This document shows, piece by piece, positions 45,749 through 54,533 of a stretch of DNA of 64,000 bases. The notes beneath the pieces are model-generated. The model ran no database searches, was not told the DNA's origin, and saw only the letters and a program-made list of their open reading frames with translations. The DNA is from Alphaproteobacteria bacterium (GTDB lineage Bacteria > Pseudomonadota > Alphaproteobacteria > RF32 > CAG-239), in NCBI GenBank assembly GCA_016288295.1, contig JAEEYV010000027.1:7797-71796 (forward strand). Reading direction: 5' to 3'. Numbering within the stretch: the stretch's first letter is position 1; the number at the start of each line of letters is the position of its first letter. The position numbers were made by a program, and so were the translations under genes.

Positions 45749-47482
45749 ATGAAATCGTTGACTAAAGTGTTGTGGAGTAGTGCACTGTTTTTAGGCGGAG
45801 CAATGGTAGCTCTTGCGGCATTAACTCTATACTATTGGCAAAGAGTGAGTGTAAACACTGTTTTTATGCATATTACAACACTAGATGACGTTCCCTTGCA
45901 GTTGCGGGCAGTTTTTGCTATCGGTGCGGCAATTGTTGCAGTTATGTTCGTTGTCTTTGGAATGAAATTGCACAAAAAATGGCGTTTGTTGATTTTTTTA
46001 TGTGCGATATGTTTTTTTGCTTATACCTTCAAATTGGATACTTTTATAAGAGGAATTGGTGAAAAATCATATATTTATGAAAATGAATATGCTTTTTTTG
46101 AAGACGATGAAAAATCAAATCCAAAGCGCAATTTGATAATATTATATCTCGAATCGATGGAAGATAATTATCGCCATGATAAAAACGGTGATAATTTGTT
46201 ACCGGAATTATCAAAACTCTATGATGAAAACTATCATTTTGATAATTTTGTTCAGCTCGAGCATACCTATCAGACTATTCTTGCCCAAATAGCGGGTTTA
46301 TGTAGTGTAATTTATAAAAATGAATTTAAAAGCTACGACTTTGCGTATGCTTTTAATAACATACTTGCTAACGTAACTTGTATGCCTGACGTATTGGCAC
46401 AAAAAGGATATAATACCTTTTTTATCAAAGGGGCGTCACTTGACTTTACAATGACTCGAAAAATTATGGCTCAACACGGTTTTAAGGAGTTGTCGGGAAA
46501 AAATGAACTGAAGGATCTACCGGGTATAAAGATGGGAAATAGTTGGGGAGTGAGTGATCGTTCTTTATATGAGATTATGAAACAAAAGGTAGCACAACTT
46601 GCTAAACAAGATAAGCCTTTTTTAGCGGTGATGACCACCCTTGATACCCACGAGCCTGACACGTTTTTGGATGAAAAATGTACATCGAAGTTTAATGATA
46701 AGCGTGATGTGATAATGTGTGCCGATAAAATGGCGGCTGATTTTATAAAATGGGTACAAAAACAAGATTTTTATCAAAATACAACGATTGTGGTTATCGG
46801 AGATCATGTTAATAATAATGCCGGTCATATGGGAAAAGAAATATTTAATGTTATTATAAATCCGGCCAATGAACTGCAAAAACAGTCACATAAATGGACG
46901 ACCTTGGATTTGGCACCGACAATATTGGAGGCAATCGGCATAAAGGCTCCGAAATTCGGCCTTGGGCGCTCTCTGTGGCAAAAAGAGCCGACGCTAATTG
47001 AAAAATATGGCAGTAAACTTGATTGGGAATTTTATAAAAGCTCAGATTTTTATAAAAAATTCAATGTAAAACAAATTGGAACTAAAAATTTTGAAAAATT
47101 ACCATTAAGTATTAAAATGAAGGAAAATGATATAAAAAAATACGCTTCATTATATGCAGAAACAGATGTTTTTGAAGTTAGCCCAATATACACAGATGAA
47201 CTTAATTTTAGCGTAGAAACTAAAAAAGATGTTTGTATTAACATGAAATTTTTAGCTTTGATAAGCGAAAAACATAAAGATGATATTTTGATTAATAATA
47301 AAAAAGTTGCTGAATGGTCGAAAATAAGAGATGAAGAACCTCCATTTGAAAGAACCATCTGCCTAAAACAAAAAGACTTGCCGGAAGATGGTAAAATTGT
47401 ACTGAAAATAGATCGAAAAATGCCTTGCGAAATTTTTTCCTGCGGATATGGGTGGCAAGAAATTGAGGTTGCAGAACAATAG
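45749..47482 (+). CDS. LTA-synthase/OpgB-family membrane sulfatase-fold transferase (alkaline-phosphatase superfamily)
   Basis: Start moved to ATG 45749 (SD aagga). The track TTG start at 45647 lies inside the hairpin repeat. Three N-terminal TM segments. NLIILYLESMEDNY, TTLDTHEP and VVIGDH fit the family pattern. Confidence 0.65.
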   Translation: MKSLTKVLWSSALFLGGAMVALAALTLYYWQRVSVNTVFMHITTLDDVPLQLRAVFAIGAAIVAVMFVVFGMKLHKKWRLLIFLCAICFFAYTFKLDTFIRGIGEKSYIYENEYAFFEDDEKSNPKRNLIILYLESMEDNYRHDKNGDNLLPELSKLYDENYHFDNFVQLEHTYQTILAQIAGLCSVIYKNEFKSYDFAYAFNNILANVTCMPDVLAQKGYNTFFIKGASLDFTMTRKIMAQHGFKELSGKNELKDLPGIKMGNSWGVSDRSLYEIMKQKVAQLAKQDKPFLAVMTTLDTHEPDTFLDEKCTSKFNDKRDVIMCADKMAADFIKWVQKQDFYQNTTIVVIGDHVNNNAGHMGKEIFNVIINPANELQKQSHKWTTLDLAPTILEAIGIKAPKFGLGRSLWQKEPTLIEKYGSKLDWEFYKSSDFYKKFNVKQIGTKNFEKLPLSIKMKENDIKKYASLYAETDVFEVSPIYTDELNFSVETKKDVCINMKFLALISEKHKDDILINNKKVAEWSKIRDEEPPFERTICLKQKDLPEDGKIVLKIDRKMPCEIFSCGYGWQEIEVAEQ

Positions 47483-47485
47483 AAA

Positions 47486-48046
47486 TTATCTTTTGATTTC
47501 AAGCAATTGGGCAGAAAAATTCTCAACTGTCGGGTTGCAGATGTATGCTCCGGCGCGGATTTTGCCCCTAAAAACAGGTAGTTGGAAAAGGCGTATCCTA
47601 ACAAAATCTTTGCCGTTTAAGGAATATGACAAGCAAAATTCACCCTGAAAACTCTCCAAACAATATGACATTTGGTCAGAAATGACGGCAATTGGTACAA
47701 GAGCCATGTCTGATACACCGTTACAGCAAACCGTTGTTGCTAATGACCAACTTTGATCCTGCTTGCGAGTAAGCGAGATTTTGCACCAATTATGTTCATC
47801 AACACGTCCCATCAGCCCACATTGCGCTCCAATCGGTTGAGAATCATCGATTTTCCATTTAACGGTGATGTTAAAGTCGCGAGTGTATTCGGTAAAGAAA
47901 AAATGCCCGTTATCACGACTGATGCCATGACGGACATCCTGCCAGAAATCAGTTTTTTTATCAGGGATAACAATAAAAGAATCGGTACTAAGATGAAAAT
48001 CAGGCTCGTTTAGCCAATCAAAGTCGCGGATAGCTTCCAGTAGCAT
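47486..48046 (-). CDS. DUF1349-like (concanavalin-A-like fold) cytosolic protein
   Basis: WLNEP…TDFWQD…DNGHFF fits my recollection of the DUF1349 pattern. The start overlaps the cbpA-like stop (TAATG). Confidence 0.4.
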   Translation of the reverse strand: MLLEAIRDFDWLNEPDFHLSTDSFIVIPDKKTDFWQDVRHGISRDNGHFFFTEYTRDFNITVKWKIDDSQPIGAQCGLMGRVDEHNWCKISLTRKQDQSWSLATTVCCNGVSDMALVPIAVISDQMSYCLESFQGEFCLSYSLNGKDFVRIRLFQLPVFRGKIRAGAYICNPTVENFSAQLLEIKR

Positions 48047-48957
48047 TAAAAACTCCTGACATTTTCATCGGGGAGTTTGGCAACAACTTCATTCAGCTCA
48101 GTATTTTTGTGAGCAGGAGAAATTATTTTTAAGATCATAATTTGATCGCCAGTTCCTTTAAAGTTTTTCAATCCTTTGCCTTTAAGGCGTAATTTTTCGC
48201 CACTGCTGGCATAAGCCGGGATTTTGACAGCCACATTGCCGTCTATGGTTGGAACAACTATCTTAGCCCCTAAAATTGCCTCTTTGAGGCTGATAGGCAG
48301 TTCCATAATTACATTTTGCCCATCAAGTTTGAAATATGGATGTTCGGCAACATTTAAGGTTATTAAAACATCGCCGTTAGCTCCGCCCATATGTCCGGTT
48401 TTTCCTAAACCTTTGAGGCGCAAAGTTTGTCCGTCCATCGTGCCGGCAGGAATTTTGACATTGATGTTGCGTCCGCCGATGTTAACTTGTTTTTCAGAGC
48501 CTTTTACGGCTGATAAAAAGTCAACTTTCATGGTATAGGCAATATCTTCACCTTTGCGGGCTCGAGGTTGGCGCCGCCCTGCTCCAGTAAAAGCAGAAAA
48601 AATTTCCTCTCCAAAAATAGATGAAAAATCAAAATCCGGACCTTTGCCACCGGCAGAAGATGTGTAATAAAAACCATTTGTATCACCAAACGGATTGCCT
48701 CCTTGGCCAAAACCGGCTCCAAATCCTGTCGGTTTGCCATCCGAATCGATTTCATTATTATCGTATTTGGCTCGTTTGGACTCATCACCCAAAATATCAT
48801 ATGCGGCTGAAACTTCTTTAAACTTTTCGGCAGCAGAAGGATTATCCTTATTGACATCAGGGTGATATTTGCGAGCAAGCTTGTGATAGGCCGACTTAAT
48901 GTCGGCCTTACTTGCGGTTTTGCTAACACCTAGTATTGCGTATAAATCTTTTCCCAT
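48046..48957 (-). CDS. cbpA: CbpA-type DnaJ-family co-chaperone (J domain, G/F region, no zinc finger)
   Basis: DLYAILGVSKTASKADIKSAYHKLARKYHPDVN includes the HPD motif. G/F-rich linker. Two C-terminal beta domains. No CxxCxGxG repeats. Confidence 0.8.
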   Translation of the reverse strand: MGKDLYAILGVSKTASKADIKSAYHKLARKYHPDVNKDNPSAAEKFKEVSAAYDILGDESKRAKYDNNEIDSDGKPTGFGAGFGQGGNPFGDTNGFYYTSSAGGKGPDFDFSSIFGEEIFSAFTGAGRRQPRARKGEDIAYTMKVDFLSAVKGSEKQVNIGGRNINVKIPAGTMDGQTLRLKGLGKTGHMGGANGDVLITLNVAEHPYFKLDGQNVIMELPISLKEAILGAKIVVPTIDGNVAVKIPAYASSGEKLRLKGKGLKNFKGTGDQIMILKIISPAHKNTELNEVVAKLPDENVRSF

Positions 48958-49007
48958 TGATACTTTTTACTACCTTTCAGTATCTATATAGGGGTTATTT
49001 TTGGCGA

Positions 49008-49529
49008 TTACAAGTTTACGCAATCAAAGGTAACACGGCGATAATAGCCATGATAAAGATTGATTTTGCGCATAATAGCCGTACGATTGCCATGTTCACG
49101 ACAATAGTGAGCGGCCAACGGCATCATTTCATCAACCTGAATATCGCGATATTCATAGGTTACCGAATCGGCATTTTGGCTTTGAACCGAAACGCGGTTG
49201 GCAAATGATTTGTATTCATTTTCATCAACTTTTACATCTTTGCTGACGGTTGGAGCTTTGATGACGGCGCTCTCGCTTACGCAGCTGGTATCTTGTTCAA
49301 CAACATAATAACTAATTTTGTCATCAACAATCGGAGCGGCTGTAACAACAGGAGCAACTGCAGGAACAACAACGGTTTGCGGCTGAACTCGAGTAATAAC
49401 AGGTTTACGAGTCGGCTGATTGCAGAATAATGCATAGTAGTTTTCGCAAGTACCATTGGTGCAGTTTACACAATGGCAAGCACCCAAAATAAAACAAAGT
49501 CCGAGGGCAATTAAGTTGATTTTTTTCAT
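49008..49529 (-). CDS. Cys-rich lipoprotein, unknown function
   Basis: MKKINLIALGLCFILGAC has lipobox LGA|C. 173 aa. Confidence 0.5.
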   Translation of the reverse strand: MKKINLIALGLCFILGACHCVNCTNGTCENYYALFCNQPTRKPVITRVQPQTVVVPAVAPVVTAAPIVDDKISYYVVEQDTSCVSESAVIKAPTVSKDVKVDENEYKSFANRVSVQSQNADSVTYEYRDIQVDEMMPLAAHYCREHGNRTAIMRKINLYHGYYRRVTFDCVNL

Positions 49530-49594
49530 GTTTTTGGTCCTTTTCTAAAATTACATGAGAGGAACTTATCACTTTTCGACAAATTTGGCAACTT

Positions 49595-49915
49595 TTATTT
49601 GAGCAAATCGTAAATTTCTTTGCCGGCCCGTTCCAAAATCTGTAATACGCGCCGATTATCAGCATTTTTGGAGCGGCTATTGCTGAGTTTATCAAGCATT
49701 TTTTGCAATTTGCGATTAAAATTAGCATTCTCACGCAATGATTCAACGTTTTTCAGCTCTTCTTCATCATCTATTTTATAATCAGCAACCGCTTTGATGA
49801 CGGCAAGATATTGCGCTTCTTTGGTGGCAGCAAATTGGGCTTCAGCCTTCCCGCTTAATAGCACTAAGGCAATTAAAACAACGGATAACATTTTCATAGT
49901 TTTCCCTCTCCTCAA
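49595..49915 (-). CDS. Small secreted helical protein, unknown function
   Basis: Signal peptide MKMLSVVLIALVLLSGKAEA. The start may be the internal ATG at 49897. Confidence 0.45.
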   Translation of the reverse strand: MRRGKTMKMLSVVLIALVLLSGKAEAQFAATKEAQYLAVIKAVADYKIDDEEELKNVESLRENANFNRKLQKMLDKLSNSRSKNADNRRVLQILERAGKEIYDLLK

Positions 49916-49993
49916 ATTTATGATTGAGTTTGTTCGTGTTAGTAATATAATACGCAGTAATGGAATTTTGCAATTAAATATTGAGGCAATACA

Positions 49994-50977
49994 ATGAAAA
50001 AAACTATTTGGGTACTGTTAGATGACCGCATGGGAAGTGTAGGTCAGGCAAAGGGAATTTTGCAGGAACTTGATGACGATTTTGAAATTGTCGAGAAAAA
50101 GATTGTATATACAAAGTTAGCCGCATTGCCGAATTGGATCAGAGGCAAAAAATTTTTGATCGGGGTCAATAAAAAATTGTCTGATAATCTGGAGGTTGAA
50201 GAATATCCCGACATTGTAATGTCAATAAGCCGGAGAACAGCTCCGATTGCGCTATGGATTAAGCATCGTTCAAACGGAAAAACTAAAATTGTACAATTGA
50301 TGTTGCCGGGAAAATATGGCTTGAAAGATATGGATTTGGTTGTGGTGCCGCAACACGACCACGGAAAAGTTCAGGGACAGAATTTGTTTTATATTACGGG
50401 ATGTCCGCACCGGATAAACGATAAAACATTGGCTGAGGCAAGAGAAAAATGGACTGCGGAATTTCTTAAATTACCACGTCCGTTGACTGCGGTTTTGGTC
50501 GGCGGAGCGATTAAAGGAAAGCCTTTTAGCGAGAGCAATGCCTCTATGTTGGCTGATGCCATTGCTTATATGCAAGAGCAAACCAGCGGTTCAATATTGA
50601 TTACATCATCCAGACGGACAGGGAAAGTCGCCGAAGATATAATTATGAGTAAATTCAATGGGATTCCGACTTACACATATTTGTGGGGAGAAAAAAAGGA
50701 AAACCCAATTATGGGATTTTATGCTTTGGCTGATCGTTTTGTTGTAACCGGCGATTCTGTTTCAATGGCTTGTGAAGCATGTGGAACAGGAAAACCGGTG
50801 GTGATTTTTACCGGAAAAAGGTGGCTAACAGCCAAGCATATGCGCTTTGTTAAATCTCTGGTTGATGAAGGATATGCTACTGATTTTTCATCACAAAATT
50901 TGATTGATTTTATGCCACAAAAAACTTTGCGACCATCTGCTGAAGTTGCAGAAAAGATAAAATCTATGTTTGATTAA
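49994..50977 (+). CDS. ELM1/DUF1022-family protein (GT-B-like)
   Basis: The N-terminus IWVLLDDRMGSVGQAKGILQEL and the length (~327 aa) fit the ELM1/DUF1022 pattern as I recall it. Confidence 0.5.
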   Translation: MKKTIWVLLDDRMGSVGQAKGILQELDDDFEIVEKKIVYTKLAALPNWIRGKKFLIGVNKKLSDNLEVEEYPDIVMSISRRTAPIALWIKHRSNGKTKIVQLMLPGKYGLKDMDLVVVPQHDHGKVQGQNLFYITGCPHRINDKTLAEAREKWTAEFLKLPRPLTAVLVGGAIKGKPFSESNASMLADAIAYMQEQTSGSILITSSRRTGKVAEDIIMSKFNGIPTYTYLWGEKKENPIMGFYALADRFVVTGDSVSMACEACGTGKPVVIFTGKRWLTAKHMRFVKSLVDEGYATDFSSQNLIDFMPQKTLRPSAEVAEKIKSMFD

Positions 50978-51675
50978 TAAAGATTACTTTTACGAGTAAT
51001 TACAACTTTTTGGTACATTTTACCAAAATAGGTTGTTTTGTGCCATTCATAAGAATTACGGTTGACAATATAATCTTTAATTTCGGTTTGCCACATTCTT
51101 TCTGCAAATGGTTGGTATAGGCGATTAAACATTTTAACAAACCATTTGAGCGGATGCCACCAGACTGCATTGTTATAATCGATAAAAACGACTTTACCTT
51201 CAGGAGCAAGGTTGGCGAGAATTTGGTTAATCAACTTGCTTTTGGTTGGAAGCGGCAATTCATGAAGCAACATATAACAAATGATGACATCATATTTTCC
51301 ACTAAACGGAACGGTAACATCACGATTAATAAAATTCATATAAGGGTAAGTAAAACGATATTTGCTACGGACATAGCGGAGCTGTGTAAGGCTGACATCG
51401 ACAACATCAAGTGAGCCATAAACTCCGATTTTTGATGCAAGTTGCCCCAATTGATCTCCAAAAGTTGCGCCTAACTGCAAAACCTGTTGATGAGGATTAA
51501 CTTCAGCAATACATGCATCTGCAAGTTTTTTACTGTAACCGAAGGTTAAAATATTTAAAAATCGCTGGTGATTAAACAGTTTGGTTAAAAACTTGTTTTC
51601 GTACAAACAACTGTAGAATTCCTGCTGATAAAGCGGAATAGTTGCCGGATTGTCAACAATTTTACTTTTTGCCAT
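50974..51675 (-). CDS. Class I methyltransferase-fold protein with a degenerate SAM motif I; RquA-like candidate
   Basis: VLQLGATFGD stands in place of the usual hhDhGxGxG. Followed by GSLDVVDV, DVIICYMLLHELP and EGKVVFIDY. Confidence 0.4.
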   Translation of the reverse strand: MAKSKIVDNPATIPLYQQEFYSCLYENKFLTKLFNHQRFLNILTFGYSKKLADACIAEVNPHQQVLQLGATFGDQLGQLASKIGVYGSLDVVDVSLTQLRYVRSKYRFTYPYMNFINRDVTVPFSGKYDVIICYMLLHELPLPTKSKLINQILANLAPEGKVVFIDYNNAVWWHPLKWFVKMFNRLYQPFAERMWQTEIKDYIVNRNSYEWHKTTYFGKMYQKVVITRKSNLY

Positions 51676-51678
51676 AAC

Positions 51679-52443
51679 TTACTCCTTTTTCCAATCACCA
51701 CAAGTTGCTTGCCAACACGATAATGATGCCACCGCCGCAGTTTCAGCGCGTAAAATGCGTTTTCCTAAACTAACGGCGCAGGCGTATGATTTTGAGTGTA
51801 ATAAATTCAATTCCCGCTCACTAAAGCCACCCTCAGGACCAATCAATAATGCCGATGGGGGGGGTGCTGATGAAAAGACGGTTACAATGTCTTTTCCGGT
51901 GCCAGTTTCATCCATAAAATAAAGTCGACGATGCAAATCCCAGTTTTCTAAAAGCTTGAAAAGTGCAATCGGTTCATTAATTTGCGGAAGATCAACGCGG
52001 CGTGATTGTTCGGCGGCTTCAATCGTTTGAGCTTGCCAACGTTCTATTTTTATCTTGTCCGAAATGGTGTAGCGTGTAATGACCGGAACAATGCGAGAAG
52101 CACCAAGTTCGGTGGCTTTTTCAACAACAAAATCTGTACGATCTTTTTTGAGCGGAGCAAACATCAGCCAAATATCGGGAACGCGTTCAAAATCACGAGT
52201 TTTGCTATTAATTTTAAGCAAAACAGATTTTTTATTTTTTGGGGTGAGTGTGCAGTCAAATTCTCCATCACGATTATTAAAAACCAGCAATTTGTCGCCA
52301 GACTGCAAACGCATTACGGTAAGCAAATAATGACTCTGTTCTGCATTCAATTCGACAACGGAATCGACAGACAAATCGACATCTGTATAAATACGGATTT
52401 TTGAAGTCTTCGGCACGTGGCTCTCCCTAACAAAATTCTGCAT
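51679..52443 (-). CDS. rsmE: 16S rRNA (uracil1498-N3)-methyltransferase RsmE
   Basis: 254 aa with N-terminal PUA-like and C-terminal SPOUT domains. Signature LLIGPEGGFSEREL. Confidence 0.8.
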   Translation of the reverse strand: MQNFVRESHVPKTSKIRIYTDVDLSVDSVVELNAEQSHYLLTVMRLQSGDKLLVFNNRDGEFDCTLTPKNKKSVLLKINSKTRDFERVPDIWLMFAPLKKDRTDFVVEKATELGASRIVPVITRYTISDKIKIERWQAQTIEAAEQSRRVDLPQINEPIALFKLLENWDLHRRLYFMDETGTGKDIVTVFSSAPPPSALLIGPEGGFSERELNLLHSKSYACAVSLGKRILRAETAAVASLSCWQATCGDWKKE

Positions 52444-52523
52444 AAATGACTCAATAAACTTGAGTTTTGATGCTAGTTATTATAACTCATGGTTAGTTAA
52501 GTTTTAGTTACAGGCAAAAAAAT

Positions 52524-53183
52524 ATGATTATAACTATCGACGGACCTGCTGCTGCAGGTAAAGGGACTCTGGCGGCCAGCTTGGCTAAAAAATATAATTT
52601 GGCATATTTTGATACCGGTATGGTGTATCGTGCCGTCGGGTTGGAGATGCTGCTCAACGGATATGATTTGAGCGATAATAAAAAAGCAGAAGCTTTTGCC
52701 GAGAACTTAACTTTTCCAAAAATGATGGAGTTGTCAAAAAATCCGGAATTTCGCTCACTGAACGGCAGTCGCGCAGCGTCGGCAGTGGCAGCTATGCCAA
52801 AAGTGAGAGAAGCTTTGTTACAAATGCAACAAAATTTTTCGCATAATCCGGTCTTTGCCGACGGAAGTAAGGCTGACGGGGCGATTTATGACGGGCGTGA
52901 TACCGGAACAGTTATATGCCCGCATGCGGATATTAAGTTTTTTGTGACTGCCTCACCGGAAGTTCGGGCAATGCGGCGTTTTAAGGAATATCAGGAAAAA
53001 GGACAAGCCGCTAATTATGAAGAAGTGCTTGAACAAACCATCGCACGCGACAAAAATGATTATGCCCGCGCCGGAAGCCAGCCGGCGGCAGATGCCATAC
53101 ATTTTGACACATCAGACCTTTCAATTGATGAGGTTTTTGACCAAGTATGCGCAATAATCGAGAAAAAACAAGCTGCTGTTTAA
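52524..53183 (+). CDS. cmk: Cytidylate kinase
   Basis: P-loop IITIDGPAAAGKGTLA. YFDTGMVYRA and DGRDTGTV. Lies upstream of rpsA, the classic cmk-rpsA arrangement. Confidence 0.9.
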   Translation: MIITIDGPAAAGKGTLAASLAKKYNLAYFDTGMVYRAVGLEMLLNGYDLSDNKKAEAFAENLTFPKMMELSKNPEFRSLNGSRAASAVAAMPKVREALLQMQQNFSHNPVFADGSKADGAIYDGRDTGTVICPHADIKFFVTASPEVRAMRRFKEYQEKGQAANYEEVLEQTIARDKNDYARAGSQPAADAIHFDTSDLSIDEVFDQVCAIIEKKQAAV

Positions 53184-54145
53184 TACGTCCGATGTTTCTT
53201 TTCGTATATTTTTATTTTGCAAAAACGGTAAACTATTCCTCTTCCCTTGTATTTTTTCTCAAAAACAAAGTTTTTGATTGATTTGATGATTTTAGAAAGT
53301 GGCTCAAAATTTGAGTTTTTAGCATAATTCGAATCCAAAAATTTGCTGATAAGTCCATAATCATACTCGGTGTATTTTTTAATAAACAGCGGAGCAAGTT
53401 TTTGAAAATGGTTATTGTCCATAAGGAAAGCCTGTTTTTTAATGAGCGGCATACCCAGTAGGAAAAGGATAAAAAAATCGTCATCATATACTCGGGTTTT
53501 GTTCGGGCGAAAACGATGAGTAAGCCGTATAAAAAAAGGAATAGTTTTAAGGCTGTTTCTGATAACTGATTGATTTTTCTTGATTTGTTCTTTTAAGTTA
53601 TTTTTTGAAAAGACTGCGTCCCATTTTAATCCGTGTTCTTCTATAATTGCAGATATCTTTTTTTCATAAATACGAACAATATCATTTTTAGCCATTTCAG
53701 TTTTTATATCGGTTATAAAATCCTTAAACCATCGGGTAGCAAAAACTTCCGGTTTTAAGACAACAAAAAAACTCATCATAAATTTATTGGCACACAATGA
53801 CCATGCCGAAACATTGACTTTTTCCATCTTTTTGAAAATATTTTCTAAAGGATATAGAGGACCAAACATCGAATCGTTAGCTAAAATCAGTTCATCATAA
53901 TCTGTCAAATTGAAAATTTTGTTATATAAAATTCCCCATGAGCCAAAGTCGTACTTTTTATGCCTTTGTGCAAGGCAAAGCTTGGTATAAGGTTTAATTT
54001 TAAGCAATTCTTCTTTTGGCATATCACAATCGGCGCAGTAATAAATATCGGCATATTCGGAAAGTTTTTTGAGATAATAAACAACATAATCTTCAATAAT
54101 ATTTTGTTTGCTATATCCGGCAAACAGGCACAGTCTTTTAGTCAT
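53180..54145 (-). CDS. Putative polysaccharide glycosyltransferase (RgpF/rhamnan-synthesis-F-like)
   Basis: Start moved to ATG 54145 because a terminator-like hairpin lies inside the track's N-terminal extension. YDFGSW and ANDSMFGPLYP resemble RgpF-family motifs as I recall them. Confidence 0.4.
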   Translation of the reverse strand: MTKRLCLFAGYSKQNIIEDYVVYYLKKLSEYADIYYCADCDMPKEELLKIKPYTKLCLAQRHKKYDFGSWGILYNKIFNLTDYDELILANDSMFGPLYPLENIFKKMEKVNVSAWSLCANKFMMSFFVVLKPEVFATRWFKDFITDIKTEMAKNDIVRIYEKKISAIIEEHGLKWDAVFSKNNLKEQIKKNQSVIRNSLKTIPFFIRLTHRFRPNKTRVYDDDFFILFLLGMPLIKKQAFLMDNNHFQKLAPLFIKKYTEYDYGLISKFLDSNYAKNSNFEPLSKIIKSIKNFVFEKKYKGRGIVYRFCKIKIYEKKHRTY

Positions 54146-54162
54146 GTTCAACCCCAATACAA

Positions 54163-54189
54163 TAAAAAAGTCGCTTGATGAAAGCGACT
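54163..54189 (-). terminator. Canonical intrinsic-terminator hairpin 18 nt upstream of the glycosyltransferase ATG (attenuator, or terminator of an unannotated transcript)
   Basis: On the minus strand: agtcgctt-tcatc-aagcgact followed by tttttatt. Confidence 0.55.
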
Positions 54190-54399
54190 GGAAGTTGAAA
54201 CCATTTGAGAGAAATGTGCAGTGTATTTGGCGTGTATATGCTACACACCTTATTAGCTGCCTTCCAGTCATAGACTAAAAGGCAGTTTTTACGCCCGTAA
54301 CCGAGCAACTCTCAGAAGGGTTTCAAACCTTACACCGGTAATCAGCCGATGCAGTTTTAAGATAATTTGCGAAAATGCGTAAGTCAAACAAAAAAAATC

Positions 54400-54427
54400 T
54401 TGAAAAATAAATATTTGTGTGTATAAA
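54400..54427 (+). promoter_or_regulatory. Candidate rpsA promoter
   Basis: TTGAAA (54400-54405), 16-nt spacer, TATAAA (54422-54427). This would leave a ~100-nt structured leader. Confidence 0.4.
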
Positions 54428-54533
54428 AGACCTGACTCTGAAAACACGGTGCGTTGTTTTTTGAGGATTGTAACACGCACAAGTCCACCCTTTTTTAGTT
54501 CTCGGGTTGGCATTTTTTGAATTGATTTTTTAT

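Noticed and set aside
47050-47604. 184-aa minus-strand ORF spanning the LtaS-family gene end and the DUF1349 gene end
   Set aside because: It overlaps two better-supported convergent genes and has a low-complexity Ser/Phe/Leu-rich product.
54190-54400. SRP (4.5S) RNA or 6S RNA candidate
   Set aside because: I looked on both strands for the SRP domain-IV hallmarks (GGAA tetraloop closed by the conserved AGCA/GGAAG symmetric-loop context) and for a long 6S-type imperfect duplex. A local ggaaggcagc string does not sit in a compatible hairpin. The region is kept only as a low-interest unassigned region.
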